A DNA stretch of 64,000 nucleotides from an uncultured Bacteroidales bacterium (GTDB lineage: Bacteria > Bacteroidota > Bacteroidia > Bacteroidales > JAUNSR01), in the NCBI GenBank assembly GCA_947074105.1, contig CAMTON010000005.1, positions 1,517 to 65,516 of the forward strand, read 5' to 3'. The notes under the pieces are model-generated. The model did no database searches. It was not told the origin of the DNA and was given only the letters and a program-made list of their open reading frames with translations. Position numbers and translations under genes: made by a program. Of this stretch, positions 40,311 through 48,543 are shown in pieces. The first letter of the stretch is position 1. Each line of letters starts with the position of its first letter.

Positions 40311-40997
40311 TTATTGTGCAAACTTTTCATCATATACCTCAAGTATCCTTGTTATATCGAAATAATAGCCGTCGATATTGAACTTGTTGTCTTCAACTTC
40401 AAGATATTCCATACTCGGAGGCATCAGTGTATTGTTTTTTACATTAAGACCGAAACGGTGGATAAGTTCATATTCATGTGGCGCATATATCACCTGAAGC
40501 GGAGTATCCGCTGTCAGACCGTCGCCGGTTGTCAATATGGCATCGATTATCCCCATCAGCTTATAAGCCCATATGTTCATCATCTCTTCATCTTTCTTAC
40601 ATTTATAACCGTAGATCAGAAGATTCATAGAACGTATGTCAAAAGGGAAATCTGCTACTGCCAGTTCTCCGTATTTAATAAGAGAATCGCATTCCACTTT
40701 TTCGGCAGTCTTTGCCATTGCGAAATCTTTCACCGCTACCGAATACGGACTTATGCGGTAAGGATCATAATCTTCCTGAAAAGTGAATCCGTAATAAAGA
40801 TTTCTGAAATCATCGACTGTAAGTGTAGTATCATTATTAAGATATCTCTCCATAAGTTTCGGATAATATGCTTCCGAATATCTGTTGTTGATATCTTTAA
40901 TCATAAGGTCATAATCTACAGGAGTTCTGTTGTCCTGAGCATTAACATAAGTAAGGCTGCAAATAAGAAAAATAAATATTTTGAAATAAATCTTCAT
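40311..40997 (-). CDS. Exported protein of unknown function (possibly DUF4919-like, from memory only)
   Basis: Signal peptide MKIYFKIFIFLICSLTYVNAQ. 228 aa, rich in Tyr and Asp. Its stop codon lies 3 nt before the helicase ATG. Confidence 0.65.
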   Translation of the reverse strand: MKIYFKIFIFLICSLTYVNAQDNRTPVDYDLMIKDINNRYSEAYYPKLMERYLNNDTTLTVDDFRNLYYGFTFQEDYDPYRISPYSVAVKDFAMAKTAEKVECDSLIKYGELAVADFPFDIRSMNLLIYGYKCKKDEEMMNIWAYKLMGIIDAILTTGDGLTADTPLQVIYAPHEYELIHRFGLNVKNNTLMPPSMEYLEVEDNKFNIDGYYFDITRILEVYDEKFAQ

Positions 40998-41020
40998 GAG
41001 AGAGTTTGTTTTTGGGACAA

Positions 41021-41028
41021 CAAAATTA
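41021..41028 (-). promoter_or_regulatory. -7 box TAATTTTG (minus strand) between mscL and the 228-aa gene
   Basis: CAAAATTA on the plus strand, 24 nt upstream of the ATG at 40997. Confidence 0.4.
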
Positions 41029-41051
41029 CTAAATACCTTTTAAGAAAGGCA

Positions 41052-41483
41052 TTATTTAGTAATCTTATTGTCCAGAATATCTCTTATTTCTTTAAGAAGT
41101 GTCACTTCCGGAGCTTCCGGAGGAGGCGGTGCTGCCGGCGCAGGCTTTGGTTTGGTAAGTTTTGTAAGAAGACGTACTACCCAGAATATTGCAAAAGCTA
41201 TTATGATAAAGTCAAGGACAACCTGTATAAGTTCACCATAGCCGAGCGCTATCTCAGGACGAACCACTTTACCTTCAGCAGAAACCACTGCATGATGAAG
41301 CACGATTTTCATTGCTGAAAAATCAAAGCCTCCGGTCACAAGACTAATTAACGGTGATATTATCGCACTTACAAGAGTACTTACTATTTTCCCGAAAGCA
41401 GCTCCGATAACTATACCGATTGCCATATCGATGGCATTACCTTTTACTGCAAATTTCTTAAAGTCTTCTACCCACTGTTTCAT
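41052..41483 (-). CDS. mscL: Large-conductance mechanosensitive channel
   Basis: FKKFAVKGNAIDMAIGIVIGAAFGKIV is the canonical MscL TM1 region; 143 aa. Confidence 0.95.
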   Translation of the reverse strand: MKQWVEDFKKFAVKGNAIDMAIGIVIGAAFGKIVSTLVSAIISPLISLVTGGFDFSAMKIVLHHAVVSAEGKVVRPEIALGYGELIQVVLDFIIIAFAIFWVVRLLTKLTKPKPAPAAPPPPEAPEVTLLKEIRDILDNKITK

Positions 41484-41564
41484 ATTTTTAGTTTAGATAT
41501 AAAAATAGTTATGAAACAAAAACAATAGTTTCGTGATTTGGTTTGAAATGAAGATAAGACAGAC

Positions 41565-42464
41565 TCAGCGTTTGCTTTTTCTCGGCATTTTTCTGCTTTC
41601 ATCGGAGCTGTATTCTTTTTGTATCTTATACATAAAATTCAGATTCTTGTCAATTGTCTCATTTGTTTTAATCTCCTGAGCCTTTTCCATCCAGTCGATG
41701 CCTTTGATAAAATATTCTCTGTAAAGGACTCCTATCTTATTTCTTCTGTCAGCATAATCAAGAGTGGTGGGATTATCAATCTCCTTATATTCCTTTTCCA
41801 CTTTTTCATATACAAGTTTACCTTTTACAAAATAATAGTTTGCGAAAAACAGAATTGCATCATGATCTTCAGGATGCTTTCGAAGAATATTATCATATAT
41901 GGCAGAGGCTGTCTCAAGGCTGTCGAGAAGTATATAATTCTGAGCTTTAGTCTTTATATAAAGGTCAGGATCAATGCCACTTTCCTCAGCTTCATTTATC
42001 ACCCTTATCACATCGCACGGCTGATGAAGAAGCTTTCTGTAATCAATAAGATTATTGTAGAAATATTGTTTCTGCGAAGGATATGCATTGATTAGTTTAT
42101 GGATTATTATTTCATAATCATCAAACATCTTTTGTTTGATAAATTCTCTTGAAACATCTTTCAGGACATCATCAAAAGATATTCCCGTTCTGTTTATGAT
42201 ACCGATGGCTTTTCCGACTCCGTTTGTATCGTTTATCATAAGATTGGATATGATGGCAAGTTTGAAGTTTTCAGAATAGGCAGTGGAATCCTTAAGATAA
42301 AGATCAAGAAGAGTAGCCGTACTTTTCCATTTCTGAGAAGAATAGGCATCAAGCGCACTTTTAAGAAGCGGATCCTGCTTTTTCTGAGAAAAAACAGGAA
42401 AACAAAAAATGAATGTTACCGCTATTATGATTATCCTGCTGTAATAAGTAAAGTCTCTTCTCAT
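41565..42464 (-). CDS. Hypothetical exported/anchored helical-repeat (TPR-like) protein
   Basis: N-terminal hydrophobic segment followed by a helical-repeat-like sequence. I recognise no specific family. Confidence 0.55.
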   Translation of the reverse strand: MRRDFTYYSRIIIIAVTFIFCFPVFSQKKQDPLLKSALDAYSSQKWKSTATLLDLYLKDSTAYSENFKLAIISNLMINDTNGVGKAIGIINRTGISFDDVLKDVSREFIKQKMFDDYEIIIHKLINAYPSQKQYFYNNLIDYRKLLHQPCDVIRVINEAEESGIDPDLYIKTKAQNYILLDSLETASAIYDNILRKHPEDHDAILFFANYYFVKGKLVYEKVEKEYKEIDNPTTLDYADRRNKIGVLYREYFIKGIDWMEKAQEIKTNETIDKNLNFMYKIQKEYSSDESRKMPRKSKR

Positions 42465-42755
42465 TTTTTGATTCTTTATGAATTAATATTTCCTGTAATA
42501 ATACCCCACACAATATAGCTTATATTGAAAGCTAAAGATTTTCATCTAAAAATATAACAAAAATCAAGGAGATTTAAGATTAAAAATTCTCTTAAATAAA
42601 TTTATATTATTTAATCATTTTATTACCTGTTAAATTTCTCTTTCTCTCTTCTCTGTTCTCATAAAAAAAGAGGTTAAGGAGTAGGTTGAGTGAGTTTTAT
42701 AGAATATTCATTAATTATGACAATTGAAACATTTTTTTTAAGAATTAAAGTATGG

Positions 42756-42777
42756 TTTTCTAACAATTGTTAGAAAA
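42756..42777. promoter_or_regulatory. Perfect 22-bp palindrome TTTTCTAACAATTGTTAGAAAA, candidate dimeric regulator site
   Basis: Exact self-complementarity read from the sequence. It lies in the divergent 497-bp region about 40-60 nt upstream of the mdh -7 box. Confidence 0.5.
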
Positions 42778-42816
42778 TAAATTAAAGAAAAATTTCCGTA
42801 ATGAATTACTTATATA

Positions 42817-42824
42817 TAAATTTG
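42817..42824 (+). promoter_or_regulatory. -7 box TAAATTTG upstream of mdh (implies a ~130-nt leader)
   Basis: TAnnTTTG match, 138 nt upstream of the ATG at 42962. Confidence 0.4.
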
Positions 42825-42961
42825 TGATGTGAATTTGAAGGGATAAGGTGACGCTTAAATATGTGATCTGATAAAATAAAACAGACCGCTTAATTACTGT
42901 TGCGGATATCTCAAATGAAACTAACCTGAAAAAGATATTTTTCAACCAAATAAAAATAATT

Positions 42962-43903
42962 ATGTCAAAAGTAACAGTTGTAGGAGCAGGTAACGTAGGT
43001 GCTACATGTGCTAACGTGCTTGCTGTAAAAAACAATGTAAGCGAAGTTGTAATCCTTGATATCAAAGAAGGATTTGCAGAAGGTAAAGCAATGGATATCA
43101 TGCAGACTGCTAACCTACTTGGTTTCAGCACTCGTGTTACAGGTGTAACAAATGATTATGCAGCAACAGCAGATTCAGATGTAATCGTTATTACTTCAGG
43201 TCTTGCTCGTAAACCAGGTATGACTCGTGAAGAGCTTATCGGTGTTAATGCAGGTATCGTTAAAAATGTAGTGGAAAGCGCTCTTAAATATTCTCCAAAT
43301 GCGGTTCTTATCATCGTAAGTAACCCAATGGATCCAATGGCTTATCTTGCAAACAAAGTATCAGGAATCTGCCGTCACCGTATCATCGGTCTTGGTGGTG
43401 CTCTTGACAGCTCTCGTTTCCGTTACTACATCTCTCAGGCTCTTAACGCAAATCCAAACGATATCGAAGCTATGGTAATCGGTGGACACGGAGATACAAC
43501 AATGGTACCTGTTCGTAGCCTTGCTTCTTACAAAGGAGTGCCTGTAACAAGCCTTCTTTCTGAAGAAGAATTTGAAAAAGTAGCTGCTGCAACTAAAGTT
43601 GGTGGTGCGACTCTTACAGGTCTTCTTGGAACATCTGCATGGTATGCTCCTGGTGCTGCTTCAGCATCTATGGCAGAAGCTGTTATCCTTGATCAGAAAA
43701 CAGTTGTTTCTTGCGGTGTATTCGTTAAAGGTGAGTACGGTCAGGACGATCTAGTAATCGGTGTACCGGTTCTTCTTGGTAAAGGCGGATGGGAAAAAAT
43801 CATCGAACTTCCTCTTACAGAGAAAGAACAGGAACTTTTCAAAGCTTCAGCTGATGCTACTCGTAAAGTTAACGATATCCTTAAAGAACAGGGTCTTGTA
43901 TAA
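42962..43903 (+). CDS. mdh: Malate dehydrogenase (LDH-like family)
   Basis: KVTVVGAGNVGATCA Rossmann motif, GLARKPGMTREEL and GGHGDTMVP; 313 aa. Confidence 0.96.
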   Translation: MSKVTVVGAGNVGATCANVLAVKNNVSEVVILDIKEGFAEGKAMDIMQTANLLGFSTRVTGVTNDYAATADSDVIVITSGLARKPGMTREELIGVNAGIVKNVVESALKYSPNAVLIIVSNPMDPMAYLANKVSGICRHRIIGLGGALDSSRFRYYISQALNANPNDIEAMVIGGHGDTTMVPVRSLASYKGVPVTSLLSEEEFEKVAAATKVGGATLTGLLGTSAWYAPGAASASMAEAVILDQKTVVSCGVFVKGEYGQDDLVIGVPVLLGKGGWEKIIELPLTEKEQELFKASADATRKVNDILKEQGLV

Positions 43904-43936
43904 TCAGATACTTGATATCAGAATTTATAATCATTG

Positions 43937-43975
43937 AAAAAGGCCGTTTCCGCCATGGAAACGGCCTTTTTTTGT
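43937..43975 (+). terminator. Terminator after mdh
   Basis: AGGCCGTTTCC / GGAAACGGCCT form an 11-bp stem with loop GCCAT, followed by T7. Confidence 0.9.
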
Positions 43976-43980
43976 TTTAT

Positions 43981-44040
43981 CAACTCTCCTTTTACCAACT
44001 CTTCTTTTAGCCAATCTGCTTTTATCGACTCTTCACTCAT
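43981..44040. repeat. Four degenerate tandem 15-bp direct repeats
   Basis: CAACTCTCCTTTTAC / CAACTCTTCTTTTAG / CCAATCTGCTTTTAT / CGACTCTTCACTCAT. Adjacent-unit identity is 13/15, 11/15 and 9/15. Confidence 0.7.
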
Positions 44041-44238
44041 ACAAATATTATCGGTCTGCTTTTTAATGAATGCAGTTAATCTTTACTCATGTTTTCAACA
44101 GGAAATTCTTTATTCTCCTTCTTATAGGAACATTTACTTTCGAAATAAAAAAACAAACTACGGAATTATATATTTATGCTGAATATCAGGTACTATGTTT
44201 ATGTAAAAAGATATGTATAAAAGATTATCCGTATAAAT

Positions 44239-44268
44239 AAAAAAAGCCGGAACTTAGAAAGTCCCGGC
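44239..44268 (-). terminator. Putative terminator after the endonuclease I gene
   Basis: GCCGGAAC / GTCCCGGC stem (one mismatch). An A-run precedes it on the plus strand. Confidence 0.5.
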
Positions 44269-44389
44269 AATTAATCAAACATTATTTATGACAGCATTTA
44301 AAAATTAAATCCCTATCAATATTTTTAATCTGAAAAAGAATTCCGGTGCAATGAATAAGCAACAGGTTCTTTTTTCTTTAATAATAATA

Positions 44390-45328
44390 TTATTTTATTT
44401 CTACTCCTGCAGCAGTATCTGAATAGTAGAAAGGCGTACTTGTTTTGTCACCCCATAAATAATCTACAAGTTCGGGATAATCGACAAAAGGATTTCTGTT
44501 TTTCTGAATCTTATATACTTCATCATTTCTTTTTCTTTCACGCTCACTTACAGGATCCTGTTCGTGCCATTTAAGAAGAATATCAAGCGCCCATTGTTTG
44601 TAGAAAGGATAAGAAGTAAGAGTAAGAGTCGTTGCTCCCGATTTACCCCATGCTCCGAAATCCTCCTGATCATAACGTGTAGCCATATAGAAATATGTAC
44701 GGGCAAGATCCCCTTTTATATCATCAAAAGGTTCGAAAACAATCGTAGTTCCGACACCGGCTATAAACATAGTTCCCAGTTTACACCCTGATTCTGATGT
44801 CTTAGTAACCTTTGTTGGTTCACCGAAAGGATAATTCGATCTCATTGAGTTAAGATCATGATCACAGGGATATACATGATAAAGATCGGTGTACATATAT
44901 GTCCAGCTGTTGCTTCCGTCTCGGCTTGAAGAGTTCCACCAGCTTTTCGGGAAAGAATGTTCCCTGTCATATTTACCGGAACTTGTTCCGGTTCTCTGCT
45001 GATCCTCACCTACAATATAATTAGTTGTCCATCCGCCGTATAAATCATCTATAAATCCGTCTTCACGGATATCGGTTGTATAATATGCATTCCAGACATC
45101 TGGTGTATATCTCAGCTTCACATGAGTTGATTCAAGCTTTCTCGACCATGCCGTCTTAAGGTCAGGACCATAGTTTCCCTCTATTGAATAGGTATCACCG
45201 GAACTATTATTGTTATTCTCTACCTTATCCTTATCAAGTTCAACATAGAAGTCATCCTGATCCGAATTTGTACAATTAGTAAGAGAAACAACAAATAAAA
45301 GTGCAAACAGATATCTTGACATTTTCAT
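44390..45328 (-). CDS. Extracellular endonuclease I family lipoprotein
   Basis: DREHSFPKSWW and NRNPFVDYPELVDYLWG are endonuclease I signatures. Lipobox VVSLTNC. The start at 45328 (MKMSRYLF) is preferred to 45421, because a -7 box lies inside the longer ORF. Confidence 0.85.
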   Translation of the reverse strand: MKMSRYLFALLFVVSLTNCTNSDQDDFYVELDKDKVENNNNSSGDTYSIEGNYGPDLKTAWSRKLESTHVKLRYTPDVWNAYYTTDIREDGFIDDLYGGWTTNYIVGEDQQRTGTSSGKYDREHSFPKSWWNSSSRDGSNSWTYMYTDLYHVYPCDHDLNSMRSNYPFGEPTKVTKTSESGCKLGTMFIAGVGTTIVFEPFDDIKGDLARTYFYMATRYDQEDFGAWGKSGATTLTLTSYPFYKQWALDILLKWHEQDPVSERERKRNDEVYKIQKNRNPFVDYPELVDYLWGDKTSTPFYYSDTAAGVEIK

Positions 45329-45397
45329 CAAAATATTGTCCTCCCTGCTATTAAATAAGTTTTTATGCATAGTTGCCGTGTATTTTTCGTTATAATG

Positions 45398-45405
45398 CAA
45401 AATTA
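45398..45405 (-). promoter_or_regulatory. -7 box TAATTTTG (minus strand) upstream of the endonuclease I gene
   Basis: CAAAATTA on the plus strand, 70 nt upstream of the ATG at 45328. Confidence 0.4.
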
Positions 45406-45566
45406 TTGATAATTTATACACGTTTGCTTTATTATAAGTTATTGAAATATAAAAATAGTTTGTAATCAGAACTTTAAATCAATCTATCTGTTATTTGCAT
45501 TTTAGGTGTAATTCTAATTAATTTGCACCCATAACAGCGATAAAGTTTGTTTTTTTAATTTTTCGC

Positions 45567-45574
45567 TACCTTTG
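45567..45574 (+). promoter_or_regulatory. Possible -7 box TACCTTTG upstream of aroB
   Basis: TAnnTTTG match, 21 nt upstream of the ATG at 45595, implying a very short leader. Confidence 0.3.
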
Positions 45575-45594
45575 AGCTATAATTTGAAATTAAA

Positions 45595-46656
45595 ATGGAA
45601 CAGAAAGTAATTTTCACATCAGATATTAATATTTCTTTAATTGAATATATCCGCGATATTGACTTCGACCGTATATTCATTCTTACCGACACCAATACGG
45701 AGAAAAGCAGCCTGCCTGTTTTAAATGATTTCTGCAAAGAAACTCCCGGCATAGCATATATAAAAATAGAAGCGGGCGATGAAAATAAAAATATCAACTC
45801 ACTTAATCATATATGGACAGAACTTAGTTCTCACGGAGCTACAAGACGCTCGCTTATGATTAATCTCGGAGGAGGAATGGTGACAGATATAGGCGGATTC
45901 GCTGCAGCTACTTTCAAACGAGGAATTAAATTCATCAATATTCCCACTTCCCTTCTGGCTGCCGTAGATGCTGCGGTCGGAGGAAAGACAGGTATTAACC
46001 TTAACGGTCTTAAAAACGAAGTCGGTGTCTTTGCTCCTGCTTCCCAGGTTTATATTTCAACACAGTTTTTTGCAACTATGGATCTTGAAAATCTTCTTTC
46101 AGGTTATGCGGAAATGCTTAAGCACGGACTTCTTGACTCGGAAGATTATTTCAGAAAACTTATAAAATATGATATCGCTTCGGCAGATTTTGAAAAGCTT
46201 CTTCCGCTTCTTGAAGAATCGGTAAACATAAAAAGAAAAGTGGTAGATATAGATCCTTTTGAAAAAGGACTACGCAAAGCCCTTAATCTCGGACATACGG
46301 TAGGTCATGCTTTTGAAAGTTTCTGTATGGCTAAGGGAAAACCCGTACTTCACGGTTATGCCGTGGCATGGGGAATAATCTGCGAACTTATCCTTTCCAA
46401 CAAACAGTGCGGATTCTCTTCAGAAGCTCTTCAGCGCACAGCACATTTTGTAAAGGAAAATTATCCTGTAGCATACTTCACATGCAAGGACTACGACAGA
46501 CTTTATGAATTTATGACGCATGACAAGAAAAATGACTCGGGATATATAAACTTCACACTTCTGAATAACTTCGGAGACATCGAACTAAACCAAAGCGCTA
46601 CACGTGAAGATATAGACATAATGTTTGATATTTTCCGCGATCTTATGGGAATATGA
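45595..46656 (+). CDS. aroB: 3-dehydroquinate synthase
   Basis: GGGMVTDIGGFAAATFKRGI, AAVDAAVGGKTGIN, and GHTVGHA/HGYAV metal ligands. Confidence 0.93.
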   Translation: MEQKVIFTSDINISLIEYIRDIDFDRIFILTDTNTEKSSLPVLNDFCKETPGIAYIKIEAGDENKNINSLNHIWTELSSHGATRRSLMINLGGGMVTDIGGFAAATFKRGIKFINIPTSLLAAVDAAVGGKTGINLNGLKNEVGVFAPASQVYISTQFFATMDLENLLSGYAEMLKHGLLDSEDYFRKLIKYDIASADFEKLLPLLEESVNIKRKVVDIDPFEKGLRKALNLGHTVGHAFESFCMAKGKPVLHGYAVAWGIICELILSNKQCGFSSEALQRTAHFVKENYPVAYFTCKDYDRLYEFMTHDKKNDSGYINFTLLNNFGDIELNQSATREDIDIMFDIFRDLMGI

Positions 46657-46684
46657 TAAGACAGTAAAACCATGCTGTTAACAG

Positions 46685-46728
46685 AAAAAAGCCTCAAAAG
46701 CAATCATATATGCTTTTGAGGCTTTTTT
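46685..46728. terminator. Bidirectional terminator between aroB and lpxB
   Basis: GCCTCAAAAGCA / TGCTTTTGAGGC form a perfect 12-bp stem flanked by A6 and T6. Confidence 0.85.
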
Positions 46729-46755
46729 ATATTTAATCTGGTACAATTATCTCTT

Positions 46756-47889
46756 TTACGGATTAAATCTGTCAGCGATTATCTTAGCGGCCTTTTCCGG
46801 TGCTCCGACCTCACCCAGTCTTTCAAGTATGATATCGTAATCCTTTATCATCTTCTCGCGATATTCCTTATTCTGAGTGATATTGACAAACTCTTCATTC
46901 AGAGTATCCGGAGTAAACTTATAACCGAGCAGTTCTTTTACAACAGGTCCGTCAGCTATAAGATTGACAAGAGAGACATAATCTATCTTCAGTACATTCT
47001 CCATTATCTTATAGAACAGCTTCCCGCCTCCAACTTTATAACATACCACCTGCGGTACGCCCATAATAGCGGTTTCTAGAGTTGCCGTACCGGAAGTCAC
47101 CATCGCGGCATACGAATTAAGCAGCAGCTCATGAGTCTTGCCGAAAACTATCTTTATATCATTATCAAGATACTGTGAATAAAATTCCATATCTAATCCA
47201 GGAGCTCCCGCTATTACAGCCTGATACCCGGGATGACGCTTGATGACATCGATCATGTAAGGAAGATTATTCTTAACCTCAGATTTACGGCTTCCCGCCA
47301 TAAGTGTCACTATAGGTCGTGAATCAAGATTATTATCTGCGACAAACTTCTCCGACTTTTCCTTAGAATATTCATTCTTCATGGGGATAAGTTCATCAAC
47401 GGTCGGGTTGCCGACATAAGTTGTTTCGAATGAGTGTTTTTTATAGAAATCTACTTCGAAAGGCAGAATAGAAAGCATACAGTCAACATATTTCTTTATG
47501 CTTTTTACACGATACTCTTTCCAGGCCCACAGTTTAGGTGAAATATAATATATCACCGGCACTCCGAGTTCCTTCTTTACGAACTCAGCTATCTTCAGGT
47601 TAAAGCCGGGATAATCGATAAGAATCACCATATCGGGAGAAAACTCACGTATATCTTCCCTGCAATGTTTCATATTGCTTAGAATCTCAGGCAGATGTCT
47701 GATAACGGCCTTAAAACCCATATATGCCATCTTCTTGTAATGCTTTACCATCATTCCGCCTTCAGCCTGCATTAGGTCACCTCCGAAAAAACGGAATTCG
47801 GCATCAGGGTCGGTATTTTTTATTTCGTGCATAAGTCGCGAAGCATGCAGGTCGCCCGAGGCTTCACCGGCTATCAGATAATATTTCAT
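46756..47889 (-). CDS. lpxB: Lipid-A-disaccharide synthase
   Basis: MKYYLIAGEASGDLHASRLM is the canonical LpxB N-terminus; 377 aa. Confidence 0.95.
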   Translation of the reverse strand: MKYYLIAGEASGDLHASRLMHEIKNTDPDAEFRFFGGDLMQAEGGMMVKHYKKMAYMGFKAVIRHLPEILSNMKHCREDIREFSPDMVILIDYPGFNLKIAEFVKKELGVPVIYYISPKLWAWKEYRVKSIKKYVDCMLSILPFEVDFYKKHSFETTYVGNPTVDELIPMKNEYSKEKSEKFVADNNLDSRPIVTLMAGSRKSEVKNNLPYMIDVIKRHPGYQAVIAGAPGLDMEFYSQYLDNDIKIVFGKTHELLLNSYAAMVTSGTATLETAIMGVPQVVCYKVGGGKLFYKIMENVLKIDYVSLVNLIADGPVVKELLGYKFTPDTLNEEFVNITQNKEYREKMIKDYDIILERLGEVGAPEKAAKIIADRFNP

Positions 47890-48085
47890 ATAATTGTGTA
47901 TATTTTATTAATTAAAACATAAACGCCTAATAATCAAAACATATCCTTCAGGATATTGTTATATTCAATGTGTCGGTTACGGCAGTATGTCTGAATGATA
48001 CATGCAAATTAAATGATATTATATCAATATAATACATCTGTTGGAAAAAAGGAGGAAAATATTTTTGTAATTAAAAAGGAATCAA

Positions 48086-48093
48086 TAAATTTG
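48086..48093 (+). promoter_or_regulatory. -7 box TAAATTTG upstream of rpmE
   Basis: TAnnTTTG match, 64 nt upstream of the ATG at 48157. Confidence 0.45.
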
Positions 48094-48156
48094 CATTCCG
48101 AAACCATTTCACTCTACCAATATAAAAGAAATAATTAATAAAAATAAAATATAGCA

Positions 48157-48408
48157 ATGAAAAAAGATCTTCACCCATCAAATTATCGTCCGGTTGTGTT
48201 CAAGGATATGTCTAACGATGATATTTTTATCTCTCGTTCAACTATCAACACAAAAGATACTATCGAAGTTGACGGTGTAACTTATCCACTTGTAAAGCTT
48301 GAGATCACTAGCTCATCTCACCCTTTCTATACTGGTAAATCTAAATTGGTTGATACAGCAGGTCGCGTTGACAAATTCATGTCTCGTTACGCTAACAGAA
48401 AAAAATAA
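48157..48408 (+). CDS. rpmE: 50S ribosomal protein L31, type B (no CxxC zinc motif)
   Basis: [15 protein letters not shown]...[10 protein letters not shown]...GRVDKF. It contains no cysteines. Confidence 0.95.
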   Translation: MKKDLHPSNYRPVVFKDMSNDDIFISRSTINTKDTIEVDGVTYPLVKLEITSSSHPFYTGKSKLVDTAGRVDKFMSRYANRKK

Positions 48409-48436
48409 TCTGAATATCTCAGATTTTAAAATATTA

Positions 48437-48472
48437 AAAGCCGGAACTTATTTAAGTTTCGGCTTTTTTATT
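48437..48472. terminator. Bidirectional terminator between rpmE and the FtsX-like permease gene
   Basis: AAAGCCGGAACTT / AAGTTTCGGCTTT stem (one G-U) followed by a T-run. Confidence 0.8.
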
Positions 48473-48543
48473 TTTGCTTATATCATTGTAAGAACTCATT
48501 TTTTGTCGGACAATATATAATAATCATATTTATAAAGACAATA

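Noticed and set aside
40287-41318. 343-aa ORF on the plus strand spanning the 228-aa gene, the spacer and part of mscL
   Set aside because: It is antisense to two genes with strong family or signal-peptide signatures. The translation is low-complexity (I/F/K/Y/C-rich), as expected for the reverse frame of AT-rich coding DNA, and I recognise no motif.
42756-42777. Assigning the 22-bp palindrome as a Rex operator
   Set aside because: Its half-site (TCTAACAAT) does not match the TTGTGAA...TTCACAA-type Rex box known from other phyla, and I have no Bacteroidales Rex motif to compare against.
43934-44182. 82-aa ORF covering the mdh terminator and the 15-bp repeats
   Set aside because: It begins at a non-ATG codon inside the terminator hairpin. 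It has a composition-biased product and no promoter signal. Its periodic peptide is a by-product of the DNA repeats.
44242-44256. An identical 15-mer AAAAGCCGGAACTTA shared by two terminators (44242-44256 and 48436-48450), considered as a possible dispersed repeat
   Set aside because: One shared 15-mer in 64 kb of AT-biased sequence, counting both strands, is within chance expectation. Both are simply A-run-plus-GC-stem terminator starts, and the similarity does not extend further.
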